Virus record (IMG/VR): IMGVR_UViG_3300016467_000680
Span: 1 to 38,926 of that record
Reading direction: 5' to 3' (one strand)
Origin: a virus
Lineage: Duplodnaviria > Caudoviricetes
DNA: 38,926 nucleotides
Each line of letters starts with the position of its first letter. Position 1 is the first letter of the stretch. The position numbers were made by a program, and so were the translations under genes. The notes beneath the pieces were generated by a model. It was not told the origin of the DNA, searched no databases, and saw only the letters and a program-made list of their open reading frames with translations. This document shows positions 27,114 to 35,387 of this stretch, piece by piece.

Positions 27114-27631
27114 TTTAAATAACCAAGATCGATCAAAAAGTCCTTCAGCAAAGTCATTGAATGAAGTACAGAGGCACGAACGAAATAAGCCGGACGACCA
27201 CCAGCAGGATCCTGTTTAAAACAATCCTGCATTACACGATGACCATACGTCCAACCATGTAAACGAACAAAGTCGTTTTCACATGTTGCATGAACAAATA
27301 TTTTTTGCGAACTGTCATCTAGTTGGACAACAAGATCCATCCAATGCCTTGAGCGAGTCTTGACATCAATGTTCGGAGGAAGATCAACGGAACCACGCGT
27401 CGGAATTTGATCTTGAAAAACTTCATCCTCCATATTCAAGTATTGAGCGACAGCAAGTTCACCTTTTGCGCCCAAAACATGAATCGACAATGAATTTGCA
27501 CCTAAAGCGGGAGCAGAATTTCTTCCTTTTAGCCCACAACTTTCATTGACAAGTTGTCTTCGCTCAGCCTCCTTTGTCGCCTTTTGAACTGATCGTTCAT
27601 CAAGAAAATGATCAACGTAAAAAATGTTCAA
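27110..27631 (-). CDS. Putative PD-(D/E)XK-fold nuclease-like protein
   Basis: GAKGELAVAQYL...VDL...IDVKT; AT-rich; TTG start with AGGAGG RBS. Confidence 0.6.
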   Translation of the reverse strand: MNIFYVDHFLDERSVQKATKEAERRQLVNESCGLKGRNSAPALGANSLSIHVLGAKGELAVAQYLNMEDEVFQDQIPTRGSVDLPPNIDVKTRSRHWMDLVVQLDDSSQKIFVHATCENDFVRLHGWTYGHRVMQDCFKQDPAGGRPAYFVRASVLHSMTLLKDFLIDLGYLK

Positions 27632-27664
27632 AACTCAGCCTCCTGCTGAAAAGTAAAATAGCAA

Positions 27665-28165
27665 TCAATGTTTGTCGCTTTTTCCAATATTGCATGTCTT
27701 GCATAACACCTGCAGATTTTCGATATCATTTGTTCCGCCTTTGCTTACTGGCGTAATATGGTCAACCTCGAGTTTTTCTCCGTCTTGCACTGTGGCTCCG
27801 CAAGACTGACACGTGTAGTTATCTCTTTTAAGGACTTGATAGCGAACGCTTGGTTTGATTGGTTTTCGTTTTTGCTGTACAAGGTGTTCAATTTTTTTGA
27901 ACACGACTTCTACTTCTTGGAATGGAGATCTGTGCAAAATTTTTAATTCCAAATCAGAGGCGCATTCTCTACAGTGAAACATAAAATAGTGACCACTAGG
28001 TTCACTTTCGCCCCAAATTTTATGAAATGGGTCTTCATAAATTACCTTGCTTTCAAGTGAATTAATCCAAGTTGAATGACAACATGGGCATGTCAATAAG
28101 AGTTTATTTTCAGCAATTTGTGCTTGCATGATGCTGGGAAAAGGATGCGTGTGATTGGTATTCAA
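27665..28165 (-). CDS. HNH endonuclease (free-standing, AT-rich)
   Basis: RYQVLKRDNYTCQSCG...LEVDHITPVSKGGTNDIENLQVLCKTCN. Confidence 0.9.
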   Translation of the reverse strand: MNTNHTHPFPSIMQAQIAENKLLLTCPCCHSTWINSLESKVIYEDPFHKIWGESEPSGHYFMFHCRECASDLELKILHRSPFQEVEVVFKKIEHLVQQKRKPIKPSVRYQVLKRDNYTCQSCGATVQDGEKLEVDHITPVSKGGTNDIENLQVLCKTCNIGKSDKH

Positions 28166-28482
28166 AACTCAGTCTCCTTGTAAGAACCAAACGATTTCAG
28201 GTTGCCCCAAACCTTTTCCTTGACAGCGGCACGCTGCTCATCCAGGGCATGCGGATGCTTCGCAAACCTGGACGAACGCGGTGAGTTGGGATCCTCCTCG
28301 CCTGCATTGGGGCAAAACGTCCAGAACAAGCCGTCGGAGTCATATCTGCCGATCGGATGCCCGTAGGAGGCGTTAGGAGGCGGTGTGGTGCCTTTCGTGG
28401 CGGTGTAGCTGCCCTTGCTGGATTTGGGATCAGCAATCGCCCAAACGGTCATCCCAGCGAACTCAGGTGAATACAGATCCAT
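28162..28482 (-). CDS. Hypothetical protein downstream of the replication initiator
   Basis: 106 aa; TGATG coupling. Confidence 0.65.
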   Translation of the reverse strand: MDLYSPEFAGMTVWAIADPKSSKGSYTATKGTTPPPNASYGHPIGRYDSDGLFWTFCPNAGEEDPNSPRSSRFAKHPHALDEQRAAVKEKVWGNLKSFGSYKETEF

Positions 28483-29225
28483 CAGTCGTACACCGTGATG
28501 CCATTGATGACGCGTGGACCGACAGGAACGTGATCCTCGAGCAGGACGCTGTATCGCTCATCCCGAAGCCAGCGGAAAGCGTCAGGAAGGGGTGCAAACC
28601 ATTCGTCTTGAATTTTGGCTTGCCGTGCCTGCTCAACAGCACGACGTGCAGCCTCGATCACACGTTCTGCTGTCTCATCTTGAGTCGCATGTTTCCAAGC
28701 TTCAAAAGCCAGGGGTTTCGACTGTGAATTCGCCTTGATCGGAGACGTTTGATACACGTTCCAGAATTGCTGGAATTCAGGGGTGTATTCCCGTCTGACG
28801 TGTTTTCGGACTGGTTTCGCAGGTGGTACAGCATCTAAAGAAAGGGGTTTCCTAGGGGTTTCCTCGGACTCCTTCCCGACACCTTCCCCAAAGAAACGAT
28901 CGATCGTTTGACAGCCGGTTTTTTCTTGAGGAGCAGAATCCGTTAGAGCCTGCTTTGCCTCAGAATCCTCGTCAGCGATCGAAACCGTTGTAGCAGGCGG
29001 AAGTTGTGTCTGCTCCGTTGGGAGGTGACTTACTGTTCCCGCACCGACACGGTACGCGGGTAGTCTAGACGGCATGTCAAGAGCTTGTTCGATCAGGAAG
29101 GCACAGAACGTAGCTGTTGGAAGGGATCTCGGCTTCGTGAGAAGCAGTTTTTCGGCTGTGAAGGCGTCCAGAGTCAATTTGATCACCATTGCGGCGTCGG
29201 CACTTGCGGTTACCTCAGGTTCCAT
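28482..29225 (-). CDS. Putative replication initiator (O-like)
   Basis: Low-complexity linker and C-terminal EFQQFWNVY...KPLAFEAWK...PDAFRWLRDERY domain typical of phage replisome organisers. Confidence 0.65.
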   Translation of the reverse strand: MEPEVTASADAAMVIKLTLDAFTAEKLLLTKPRSLPTATFCAFLIEQALDMPSRLPAYRVGAGTVSHLPTEQTQLPPATTVSIADEDSEAKQALTDSAPQEKTGCQTIDRFFGEGVGKESEETPRKPLSLDAVPPAKPVRKHVRREYTPEFQQFWNVYQTSPIKANSQSKPLAFEAWKHATQDETAERVIEAARRAVEQARQAKIQDEWFAPLPDAFRWLRDERYSVLLEDHVPVGPRVINGITVYD

Positions 29226-29299
29226 CGAGTTACTCGAAGCTCGCGGACATTATGCGGAAGTTCGGGTGCCGTCAAGTCACCTCAGGTAACCTGCGGTAC
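29209..29299. promoter_or_regulatory. Leftward promoter flanked by palindromic operators
   Basis: Minus TTGACG (29275-29270)-17-TAATGT (29252-29247); GTTACCTCAGGTTCC at 29209 and GTCACCTCAGGTAAC at 29276. Confidence 0.6.
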
Positions 29300-29376
29300 A
29301 TTCCCAACAAACTTTTTTGAGACTCAACCCAATCCCAGTTTTTTGGTTATGGTGTTCTGGTACTACATGTCAAACC

Positions 29377-29553
29377 ATGGCCATTCAACTCACCGCCAAA
29401 GCCTCAAGCAGCAAAACCGTGATGCTTCAGATCGATGTTGATCTGTACAACCGCATTAAATCTGCGGCAAAGCATTACAACATCGCCGCTTCTGTTGCCA
29501 TGCGCCAAATTCTTGAGCAGGGCATTGAAGAAGTTGAAGCGCATCTCGGCTGA
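29377..29553 (+). CDS. Ribbon-helix-helix (CopG/Arc-like) regulator
   Basis: KTVMLQIDVDLYNRIKSAAKHYNIAASVAMRQILEQGI. Confidence 0.7.
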   Translation: MAIQLTAKASSSKTVMLQIDVDLYNRIKSAAKHYNIAASVAMRQILEQGIEEVEAHLG

Positions 29554-30287
29554 TGACAAGCACTCCCGTCTTTCCCAACTTGGCGGGAGTCATCACTCTC
29601 TCTGACGTAAAACAGAAAGGGTCTGGCTCCTACGCCGCCGATTACGTGCCTTGGGCAAAGGTCATGCAACTGCTGAATCAGCACTGCAATGGCTGGCTTC
29701 CTGAACTTGTCACCGCAGACGACAGCAGCTTCGTCCACAAGGCACCCAACGGCACCGGGTATCTTTGCATTCAATTCGTCAACGGCAACTGCTACACGCC
29801 CGTGTGGATCTACGCCGTGATGGACAATCGCAACAATGCCATTGCCTACGAAAAGATCAGCGCACGCGATCTTGCCGATTCCGCACGTCGTGGCATCTGC
29901 TCCGCTGCCGCTGCTTATTTCTCCCTTGCTTACGAGTTGTGGGCAAGAGAAGAGGTATCTGACACATCTGAGAAAGTTGAGACTCAGCCTGAGATTCAAC
30001 TACAACAAGAAGAGGTCAAGCCTCCCGCTAAGGCAGCCAAAAAAAAGGAGCAGCCTTCTCAGCCGCTCCCCGTCCCCGCTCCAACGGTAATCAACGATGA
30101 GTTGATCGCCAAATGCATGGAGCTGATTCAGCAGCGCCTTGATCGCACTGCTCAGGTTGCATGGATCGCTGACAAGGCAACAAAATGGAACCTTGATGGC
30201 GATGGCAGCAAGCTCAAGCAGATGTCAACTGATCAACTGCAAGCTTGCATCGACGAGCTGTCTGCCAAACCACCCTTGCAGCAGTGA
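29553..30287 (+). CDS. Single-strand annealing protein (Sak3/DUF1071-like)
   Basis: YVPWAKVMQLL, AVMDNRNNAI, DSARRGICSAAA...LWARE; SSB-like gene nearby. Confidence 0.7.
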   Translation: MTSTPVFPNLAGVITLSDVKQKGSGSYAADYVPWAKVMQLLNQHCNGWLPELVTADDSSFVHKAPNGTGYLCIQFVNGNCYTPVWIYAVMDNRNNAIAYEKISARDLADSARRGICSAAAAYFSLAYELWAREEVSDTSEKVETQPEIQLQQEEVKPPAKAAKKKEQPSQPLPVPAPTVINDELIAKCMELIQQRLDRTAQVAWIADKATKWNLDGDGSKLKQMSTDQLQACIDELSAKPPLQQ

Positions 30288-30466
30288 TGGCTATTCCTGC
30301 GGGTAACAAGTACAAGGTGCAAGTGCTTCTTGACCCGAAGGCATACGAAGCCATGCAGCGCGAAATCATTATGCGCTACGACACGCCGCACCGCGTGACG
30401 GAATCATCCCTTGCCAACGAGATCATCAAATCTCACTACGCAATTCTCGAACCTCAAGATGAGTGA
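30287..30466 (+). CDS. Small RHH-like protein
   Basis: KVQVLLDPKAYEAM...ESSLANEIIK; TGATG coupling. Confidence 0.6.
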   Translation: MAIPAGNKYKVQVLLDPKAYEAMQREIIMRYDTPHRVTESSLANEIIKSHYAILEPQDE

Positions 30467-30755
30467 CTTTCAATCGGCGTTTGACGCCAAATTCACGTTG
30501 TTTGACGTGAAGGAGAAAAAATCTGATCGCGGTCCAGACAAAACTGGCTCGATTGAGATCGAACTAAACGAAGCCATGAAATTGGCTGAATGGTTGACTG
30601 CGCAACCTGGTGAGGATGGCTATGGCGGCACCACCGTCATCAAGATTCCCGTTTCTGCTTGGAACGCAGAATCGAAGTCCGGCACCAGCTATATCAATGG
30701 CAAGGTCTGGGCAAAAAAGTCTGAAGGCGTGTCTACCTCCAACACGATCTTCTGA
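30459..30755 (+). CDS. Putative single-stranded DNA-binding protein
   Basis: KKSDRGPDKTGSIEI...VSAWNAESKSGTSYING, terminal Phe; follows the annealing protein gene. Confidence 0.6.
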   Translation: MSDFQSAFDAKFTLFDVKEKKSDRGPDKTGSIEIELNEAMKLAEWLTAQPGEDGYGGTTVIKIPVSAWNAESKSGTSYINGKVWAKKSEGVSTSNTIF

Positions 30756-30979
30756 TGGATAGGGACAAGCTCGTTGCTGCAATGCAGCAGGAAATCAAGG
30801 AAATCATTGCCCTGCAATCAATGTTGAAAAACCTTGAGAAAGCAGAACAACGCGGCTACCAAGAAGCTGACTGTCGGCGGATGCATGCCATTGCTGACCT
30901 GTTTGCAGCCAGCAACGAGTCCCTGATCGGCGCTTACTTCAAGGAGAAAGATGAAACCAACCGCACTCAACTTTCCTGA
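30755..30979 (+). CDS. Hypothetical protein
   Basis: Coupled 74-aa ORF. Confidence 0.6.
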   Translation: MDRDKLVAAMQQEIKEIIALQSMLKNLEKAEQRGYQEADCRRMHAIADLFAASNESLIGAYFKEKDETNRTQLS

Positions 30980-31217
30980 ACTCTTTCCCGACTTCAGCGA
31001 ACCGCTGACCGGTCCGGGTGTGTCCTATTGCGTTGCTCCAAATGCCCGGATGTTCGACTACGAATTGCTTTTACCCGGCGAGCGTAGTCTTCGTGGTTGC
31101 ATCCGTGCTGTTAACAAGGAAGAAGCTGCGCGGCTTCTTGCCAACCGTCATCCCAACTGCTCGATCGTTGAGATTGGTGCAGGACGCCGAATTGCTACTT
31201 CAACAAAGAAGGCTTGA
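30951..31217 (+). CDS. Hypothetical protein
   Basis: AAGGAG RBS; 88 aa. Confidence 0.65.
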   Translation: MKPTALNFPELFPDFSEPLTGPGVSYCVAPNARMFDYELLLPGERSLRGCIRAVNKEEAARLLANRHPNCSIVEIGAGRRIATSTKKA

Positions 31218-31223
31218 CCCATC

Positions 31224-31436
31224 ATGATCAAATTTGATTTGGCTGATCTGGAAGAATCGATTGCGTTCTTTCTTGAGGTTGCTCCAAGCAAGCCGGGTGC
31301 GCAGGACACCTTCGCGATGGAGAACCGCACGTATCTGCTGGATGCGTTGTACGAGATGGATGGACGCGGCAAGCCTGATCATCCAATGCATCACACGTAC
31401 ACCGGGCTGTATCAAAAGTACGTCAAGGGAGCATGA
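31224..31436 (+). CDS. Hypothetical protein
   Basis: LDALYEMDGR...HPMHHTYTGLY; 70 aa. Confidence 0.65.
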   Translation: MIKFDLADLEESIAFFLEVAPSKPGAQDTFAMENRTYLLDALYEMDGRGKPDHPMHHTYTGLYQKYVKGA

Positions 31437-31894
31437 AGGCTTACCACCGTCTTCCCCGCTACCGTTCTTCTAGGTGGCTTCCCGTTATGGCTCCCAACGC
31501 CGATTTCGAATTTACGGAAGGTCACATCCGTATCTTGCTCTGGATGTGCGAGTCGCATCAAGACTGGATTGATGAAGCATCCGCGCAATTAATGCTGAAC
31601 GGCGAGATGCCTTCCGATAACTTGATGCGGTGCCGCGAAGGTCTTGCTGATCTGAAATGTTGGGGTCTGCGTTTGCTTGAAGTTATTGAAGCAACGCCCT
31701 TTGACGATGATGATGAGGAAGAAGAGTACGACGACGAGTCGGACGATGACGATCTACAGGAACTGGCAGGTTTCATCAACGATCTCGAAACCCAGTGGCG
31801 CAACGATCGAAGTGTTAGAAGACGGTCCGTACATCCTGTACAGAAGTTGTGCGGGTGGGTTATGTCGCTATTCGGACGACCTATGGCAGGCTGA
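31433..31894 (+). CDS. Hypothetical protein with acidic tract
   Basis: GGAG RBS, ATGA overlap, DDDDEEEEYDDESDDDD. Confidence 0.6.
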   Translation: MKAYHRLPRYRSSRWLPVMAPNADFEFTEGHIRILLWMCESHQDWIDEASAQLMLNGEMPSDNLMRCREGLADLKCWGLRLLEVIEATPFDDDDEEEEYDDESDDDDLQELAGFINDLETQWRNDRSVRRRSVHPVQKLCGWVMSLFGRPMAG

Positions 31895-31926
31895 GATCTA
31901 CTGCGAGCATCTCATCGGCAACGTGC

Positions 31927-32178
31927 CTACTGGTTACTTTGGTTGATCGCTTGCTGGATGTATTCGTCTTCTAATTGTGGTTTGCCGAGGTTGCGTGCAG
32001 CTTCACCGGCAAGCCACTTTGCAATGGTGCGTTGCTGATGCAGCATCGTGTTCAGCAGCAGAGCAGCGTTGTATATCCCATGTATATCCCCAAGACGGAG
32101 CCATTCCTCGAGCATCTTGGCGGTGGCGGCTTCAGAGAACATGCTCTCCGTCGTCCGCTCAATTGGATGCATTTCCAT
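31927..32178 (-). CDS. Hypothetical protein
   Basis: GAGG RBS before ATG 32178; AKWLAGEAARNL. Confidence 0.6.
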   Translation of the reverse strand: MEMHPIERTTESMFSEAATAKMLEEWLRLGDIHGIYNAALLLNTMLHQQRTIAKWLAGEAARNLGKPQLEDEYIQQAINQSNQ

Positions 32179-32341
32179 GGTGTGCCTCAGCAGCAGCAAC
32201 TGCCGTACTCTCGGTATCAAAGCAGGTAGGTAGGTAAAAAACTGTGTTTTGTTTTATATACCACGCAGACCAGTAACCCAGCAGACCATAAGACACCCAT
32301 ACGGCGCCAAAGCCATCCCGGGAAAATTGATTCGGCATCAT
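32159..32341 (-). CDS. Hypothetical protein
   Basis: About 60 aa, aromatic-rich; ends FDTESTAVAAAE. Confidence 0.5.
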   Translation of the reverse strand: MMPNQFSRDGFGAVWVSYGLLGYWSAWYIKQNTVFYLPTCFDTESTAVAAAEAHHGNASN

Positions 32342-32400
32342 CTTTTCTTCTACCTTCCACGCAAATGTCTGCCTAAGATTTGGGCAAAACAGGAGCCGCC

Positions 32401-32715
32401 ATGCGTGCGTGGATCGACGAGACCAGTCTGATCCCAAAGCGTGAGACACGGGCGAGATTTCGGTTAAAAATATTTGAAGCTTTTGAGTGTAATTGTGCCT
32501 ATTGCGGTGAACACGCGGAGTCGTTAGACCACGTGGTTCCTAGACATCGTGGTGGGCAAACTGTGATAGAGAACCTAGTACCAGCATGCCTGCGCTGCAA
32601 TGGATCCAAAGGATCAACAGAATGGACGCTTTGGTATAGAGAACAAAGTTTTTATACATTGCAACGTGAAGTCTTGATCTGGGAATGGATTTATCAGTTC
32701 AGGGATTTACCTTAG
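32401..32715 (+). CDS. HNH endonuclease
   Basis: CAYCG...SLDHVVPRHRGG...NLVPACLRCNGSK; AGGAG RBS. Confidence 0.88.
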   Translation: MRAWIDETSLIPKRETRARFRLKIFEAFECNCAYCGEHAESLDHVVPRHRGGQTVIENLVPACLRCNGSKGSTEWTLWYREQSFYTLQREVLIWEWIYQFRDLP

Positions 32716-33223
32716 ATCCCGCAACTGTTTTGTCGTTGTTGTAGTGTCCCGTTTGGGCATAACTTTTAATCGGACGTTCACTCATTTCAAAGAAAATAAT
32801 CTGTCCAATTTTGAGACCCGGATACAGCGGCAATGAATGCATTTTGCGTGCATTTTGCAGTTCAAGTGTCAGCTTGGAACCATGCCATCCTGGATCGCAC
32901 CATCCGGCAAGCATGTGGGAATATCCTTCTCTCGCTCTGCTGCTCTTAAGAGCAAACTGTCCCGACAAATGTTCGGGCAGATCAAACGTTTCTTGCGTTT
33001 CACCCAGCACAAACTCACCGGGACGCAGCCAGTAAGGATCCTGTGCCGTATAGCCTTTGATGCTGATCTTCCGCAGATCCATGTTCATCGGATCCTCGAT
33101 CATCAAGTGATCGCCCAGAAGCACATCAATTGATGCTGGATTGAGAAGTTCTTCGTTGTAAGGCACGACCATGCCATGCCCAAGACAAAGATTGCGGATC
33201 TGCCAATCGCAAAGAACAGACAC
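32699..33223 (-). CDS. dcd: dCTP deaminase
   Basis: NPASIDVLLG, KSSRAREG, AGWCDPGWHG, LTLEL, KIGQIIF. Confidence 0.9.
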   Translation of the reverse strand: MSVLCDWQIRNLCLGHGMVVPYNEELLNPASIDVLLGDHLMIEDPMNMDLRKISIKGYTAQDPYWLRPGEFVLGETQETFDLPEHLSGQFALKSSRAREGYSHMLAGWCDPGWHGSKLTLELQNARKMHSLPLYPGLKIGQIIFFEMSERPIKSYAQTGHYNNDKTVAGSKVNP

Positions 33224-33834
33224 TAATAATCCCAGCGGATACGTGGTTTCCCGAGACGCATGCCTAGATGAACGAACCCTTTAGGTGCGCCGTATCCGAG
33301 GCTGTAGTCCCAAGTCCGATCAACATACTCTTGTACTTTGTAGATGTCCACGCCACTGACGTAAAAATCAACCGCGCCGACGCCATCCATGTTGTACAAG
33401 TGTTCTGACCGACTCGAGCCACCCACACGAGCATTAACAGCGGGTGGACGATAGGCGCTGGTAATGACAACTGGCTTACCACCAAAGTGTGTCCGCACCT
33501 TCTCCAGATACCTGCACAACTCCAAAGCGGTATCGCATTGCTGCTGCTTGGTAAAACGTCGTTCCTCTTGATGGAGGCTCAACTCCCCATACGTGATATG
33601 GGGCGTCACCCTGAAATCCCAAGGTTTATTAGGCGTGAACAGCGATGCAGGTGGGCGTTCTTCTTCCTGCTTGCCAGCTTGGCTCCAAGTCTTGAACCAA
33701 GGTTGCTCCCTATTCAAGATTGCAGGTGAAAGCTTTAATATCGCTTCCTCTAGCTCCGTTATCGCAGCACTCTGATGCGGAAGTGCCTTGTAATAACGAA
33801 ACAGATCATGCAGCCGAAGGCGGTTCTGGGTCAT
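33223..33834 (-). CDS. Endolysin, peptidase M15A (Zn D-Ala-D-Ala/L-Ala-D-Glu type)
   Basis: ITSAYRPPAVNARVGGSSRSEH...AVDF...GFVHLG; likely start at ATG 33834. Confidence 0.88.
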   Translation of the reverse strand: MTQNRLRLHDLFRYYKALPHQSAAITELEEAILKLSPAILNREQPWFKTWSQAGKQEEERPPASLFTPNKPWDFRVTPHITYGELSLHQEERRFTKQQQCDTALELCRYLEKVRTHFGGKPVVITSAYRPPAVNARVGGSSRSEHLYNMDGVGAVDFYVSGVDIYKVQEYVDRTWDYSLGYGAPKGFVHLGMRLGKPRIRWDY

Positions 33835-34108
33835 CGTCCCAAGGAGATGAAATTGACATCGGTCCACCCAGTAAACGGCTTTCACCCGTCTGCTCAGGTG
33901 TTGGTTCTTCGTGTTTGATTTCAGGACGCCGCCGATCGCGTTCTGCTTCAAGGTCAATGACCTTATTGATCTTCTCGATCTCGCGGTCCAGTCTTGGTGA
34001 CAAGGTGGCTTCGAATTTGTGCCGTTGCGCTGCACGATTCAAATGATGCCGCCAATCCTTATCACCAAAACGAACCAGCCAAGTGGTATCGGCGTTCAGC
34101 GCTTTGGG
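33806..34108 (-). CDS. Lysis-cassette ORF, probably the -1 frameshift extension of 34096..34233
   Basis: Frame is open from the CCCAAAG heptamer to the 33806 stop; the only early start is an internal TTG at 34042. Confidence 0.55.
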   Translation of the reverse strand, partial: PKALNADTTWLVRFGDKDWRHHLNRAAQRHKFEATLSPRLDREIEKINKVIDLEAERDRRRPEIKHEEPTPEQTGESRLLGGPMSISSPWDDDPEPPSAA

Positions 34109-34233
34109 AAAACAACCTTCAGCGCCTTCACAATCAACTGCACCCAGGAATTCTCCTTGATGGGCAGGATGGCAATGATTTCAGAACTTGCAGCGATGAT
34201 GATCGCGACAACAGCAGCAGTGGTGGGATCCAT
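34096..34233 (-). CDS. Holin-like small membrane protein (45 aa)
   Basis: Manual translation MDPTTAAVVAIIIAASSEIIAILPIKENSWVQLIVKALKVVFPKR; upstream of the endolysin. Confidence 0.7.
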   Translation of the reverse strand: MDPTTAAVVAIIIAASSEIIAILPIKENSWVQLIVKALKVVFPKR

Positions 34234-34257
34234 GACGAAATAGCGTCTGCTAATAGC

Positions 34258-34488
34258 TTACTTTCGAATTTCTAGCTTGATCAAGCGCTGCTCGTGATCA
34301 AGGATACGATCATCCATTTTTCCAATTTTTTCTTCAAATTTGATCTGGTTCTGCAGCACATCATCAAGCTTGGTTGGCACTGTATAAACCAAGTAGAAAA
34401 TGCCTGAAGCCAATGCGACGGTAGCTGCAACGCCAATGCCTGCGATGGTTTCTTGTTTTACACCACGCCAGAACCCACCTTCAGACAT
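34258..34488 (-). CDS. Membrane protein with coiled coil (lysis-associated)
   Basis: TM helix IAGIGVAATVALASGIFYLVY followed by RILDHEQRLIKLE. Confidence 0.7.
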   Translation of the reverse strand: MSEGGFWRGVKQETIAGIGVAATVALASGIFYLVYTVPTKLDDVLQNQIKFEEKIGKMDDRILDHEQRLIKLEIRK

Positions 34489-34560
34489 CGCACGTCTGCA
34501 GTTACAAGTGAATCTTATCGTGTCCGATCACACGACAAGTCATCTACAGAATTCACTCTG

Positions 34561-34655
34561 AAAAGGGTTGCCCGGTGACTGCTCCTCACGCGGTGGCAGT
34601 CTCACCGCAGCCGGGCGGCTACGGACCATTCCGTTCTCTCCAAAGAAAGAAGGAG
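34561..34655. ncRNA. Structured intergenic RNA candidate (pseudoknot enclosed in a stem)
   Basis: Three perfect 6-bp helices: GCCCGG/CCGGGC, GACTGC/GCAGTC and GCGGTG/CACCGC, the last two interleaved. Confidence 0.6.
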
Positions 34656-34671
34656 CTAAAAGCTTAGCAAA

Positions 34672-34806
34672 TCAACGACCCTGACCGCGTGTTTTCTTGC
34701 GACCGTGATTAGGCAGGCTGTGTTGCCCCTGACCTTGGCGAGTGCGCTTGGGTTTGCCAGCTTTGTGCTCAACACGTCCCAGAGCGGTCTTACTCTTGGT
34801 TGCCAT
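34672..34806 (-). CDS. Small basic protein (44 aa)
   Basis: Manual translation MATKSKTALGRVEHKAGKPKRTRQGQGQHSLPNHGRKKTRGQGR. Confidence 0.7.
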   Translation of the reverse strand: MATKSKTALGRVEHKAGKPKRTRQGQGQHSLPNHGRKKTRGQGR

Positions 34807-34871
34807 AGCGGTGTAAGATAATTTGAGCGGCGTGCGCCAACACCCGCTCGTGACCGCTTATCTGAGAAGCG

Positions 34872-35381
34872 ATGCCTAAGTTTAGTCCCCTGCCTCCGAT
34901 TGAGGTACTACGCCAGCTTTTGGAGTTAGCACCCGATTCTCCTACAGGGTTGAAATGGCGAGAACACGGACGGGGACGCCGAAAAGACAGGATCGCTGGT
35001 TGGTGGAAAATCGGTGATTGGGGCAAAATACGAATCAATCGCAAATACTACAAAACTCATAGAGTTGTTTGGGCTTTGCATACGGGTACTGACCCCGGCG
35101 ACCATTTAATCGACCACATAAACAGACAACCTCACGACAACAGCGTCAATAACTTGAGATTGGTTGAACACGGAGAAAATAGATACAACTCTAGTACCAA
35201 CAAAAACTCAACTGGATACAGAGGTGTAGCAAAATTACAAAGGTGCGCGAGATGGTCGGCACACATAAAAAAGAACGGAATTAATTACTACTTAGGCTGC
35301 TTTGACACGCCAGAAAAAGCTCACAAGGCTTACATCCAAGCGTGCCAGCGTCTTTACGGTTATTTGCCTAAAGACTCTTGA
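34872..35381 (+). mobile_element. HNH-AP2 homing endonuclease gene
   Basis: HRVVWALH...IDHINR...DNSVNNLR HNH followed by STGYRGV...WSAHI...YLGCFDTPEKAHKAY AP2; opposite strand to its neighbours. Confidence 0.9.
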
Positions 35382-35387
35382 CCGCCA

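Noticed and set aside
28842-28864. AGGGGTTT(T)CCT tandem pair inside the initiator gene as origin iterons
   Set aside because: Only two short copies and no clear AT-rich unwinding element; insufficient support.
29327-29334. ACCCAATC as a fourth sRNA target
   Set aside because: Lies upstream of the likely -10 (TATGGT near 29348), so probably not in the mRNA.
33835-34035. N-terminal extension of the endolysin given in the ORF track
   Set aside because: Overlaps the 33806 ORF; ATG 33834 gives a more plausible coupled start.
34566-34620. HDV-like or hammerhead ribozyme
   Set aside because: TGC-TCCTCAC-GCG resembles HDV P3/L3, but no P1, P1.1 or J4/2 could be built; hammerhead CUGANGA/GAAA cores are absent.
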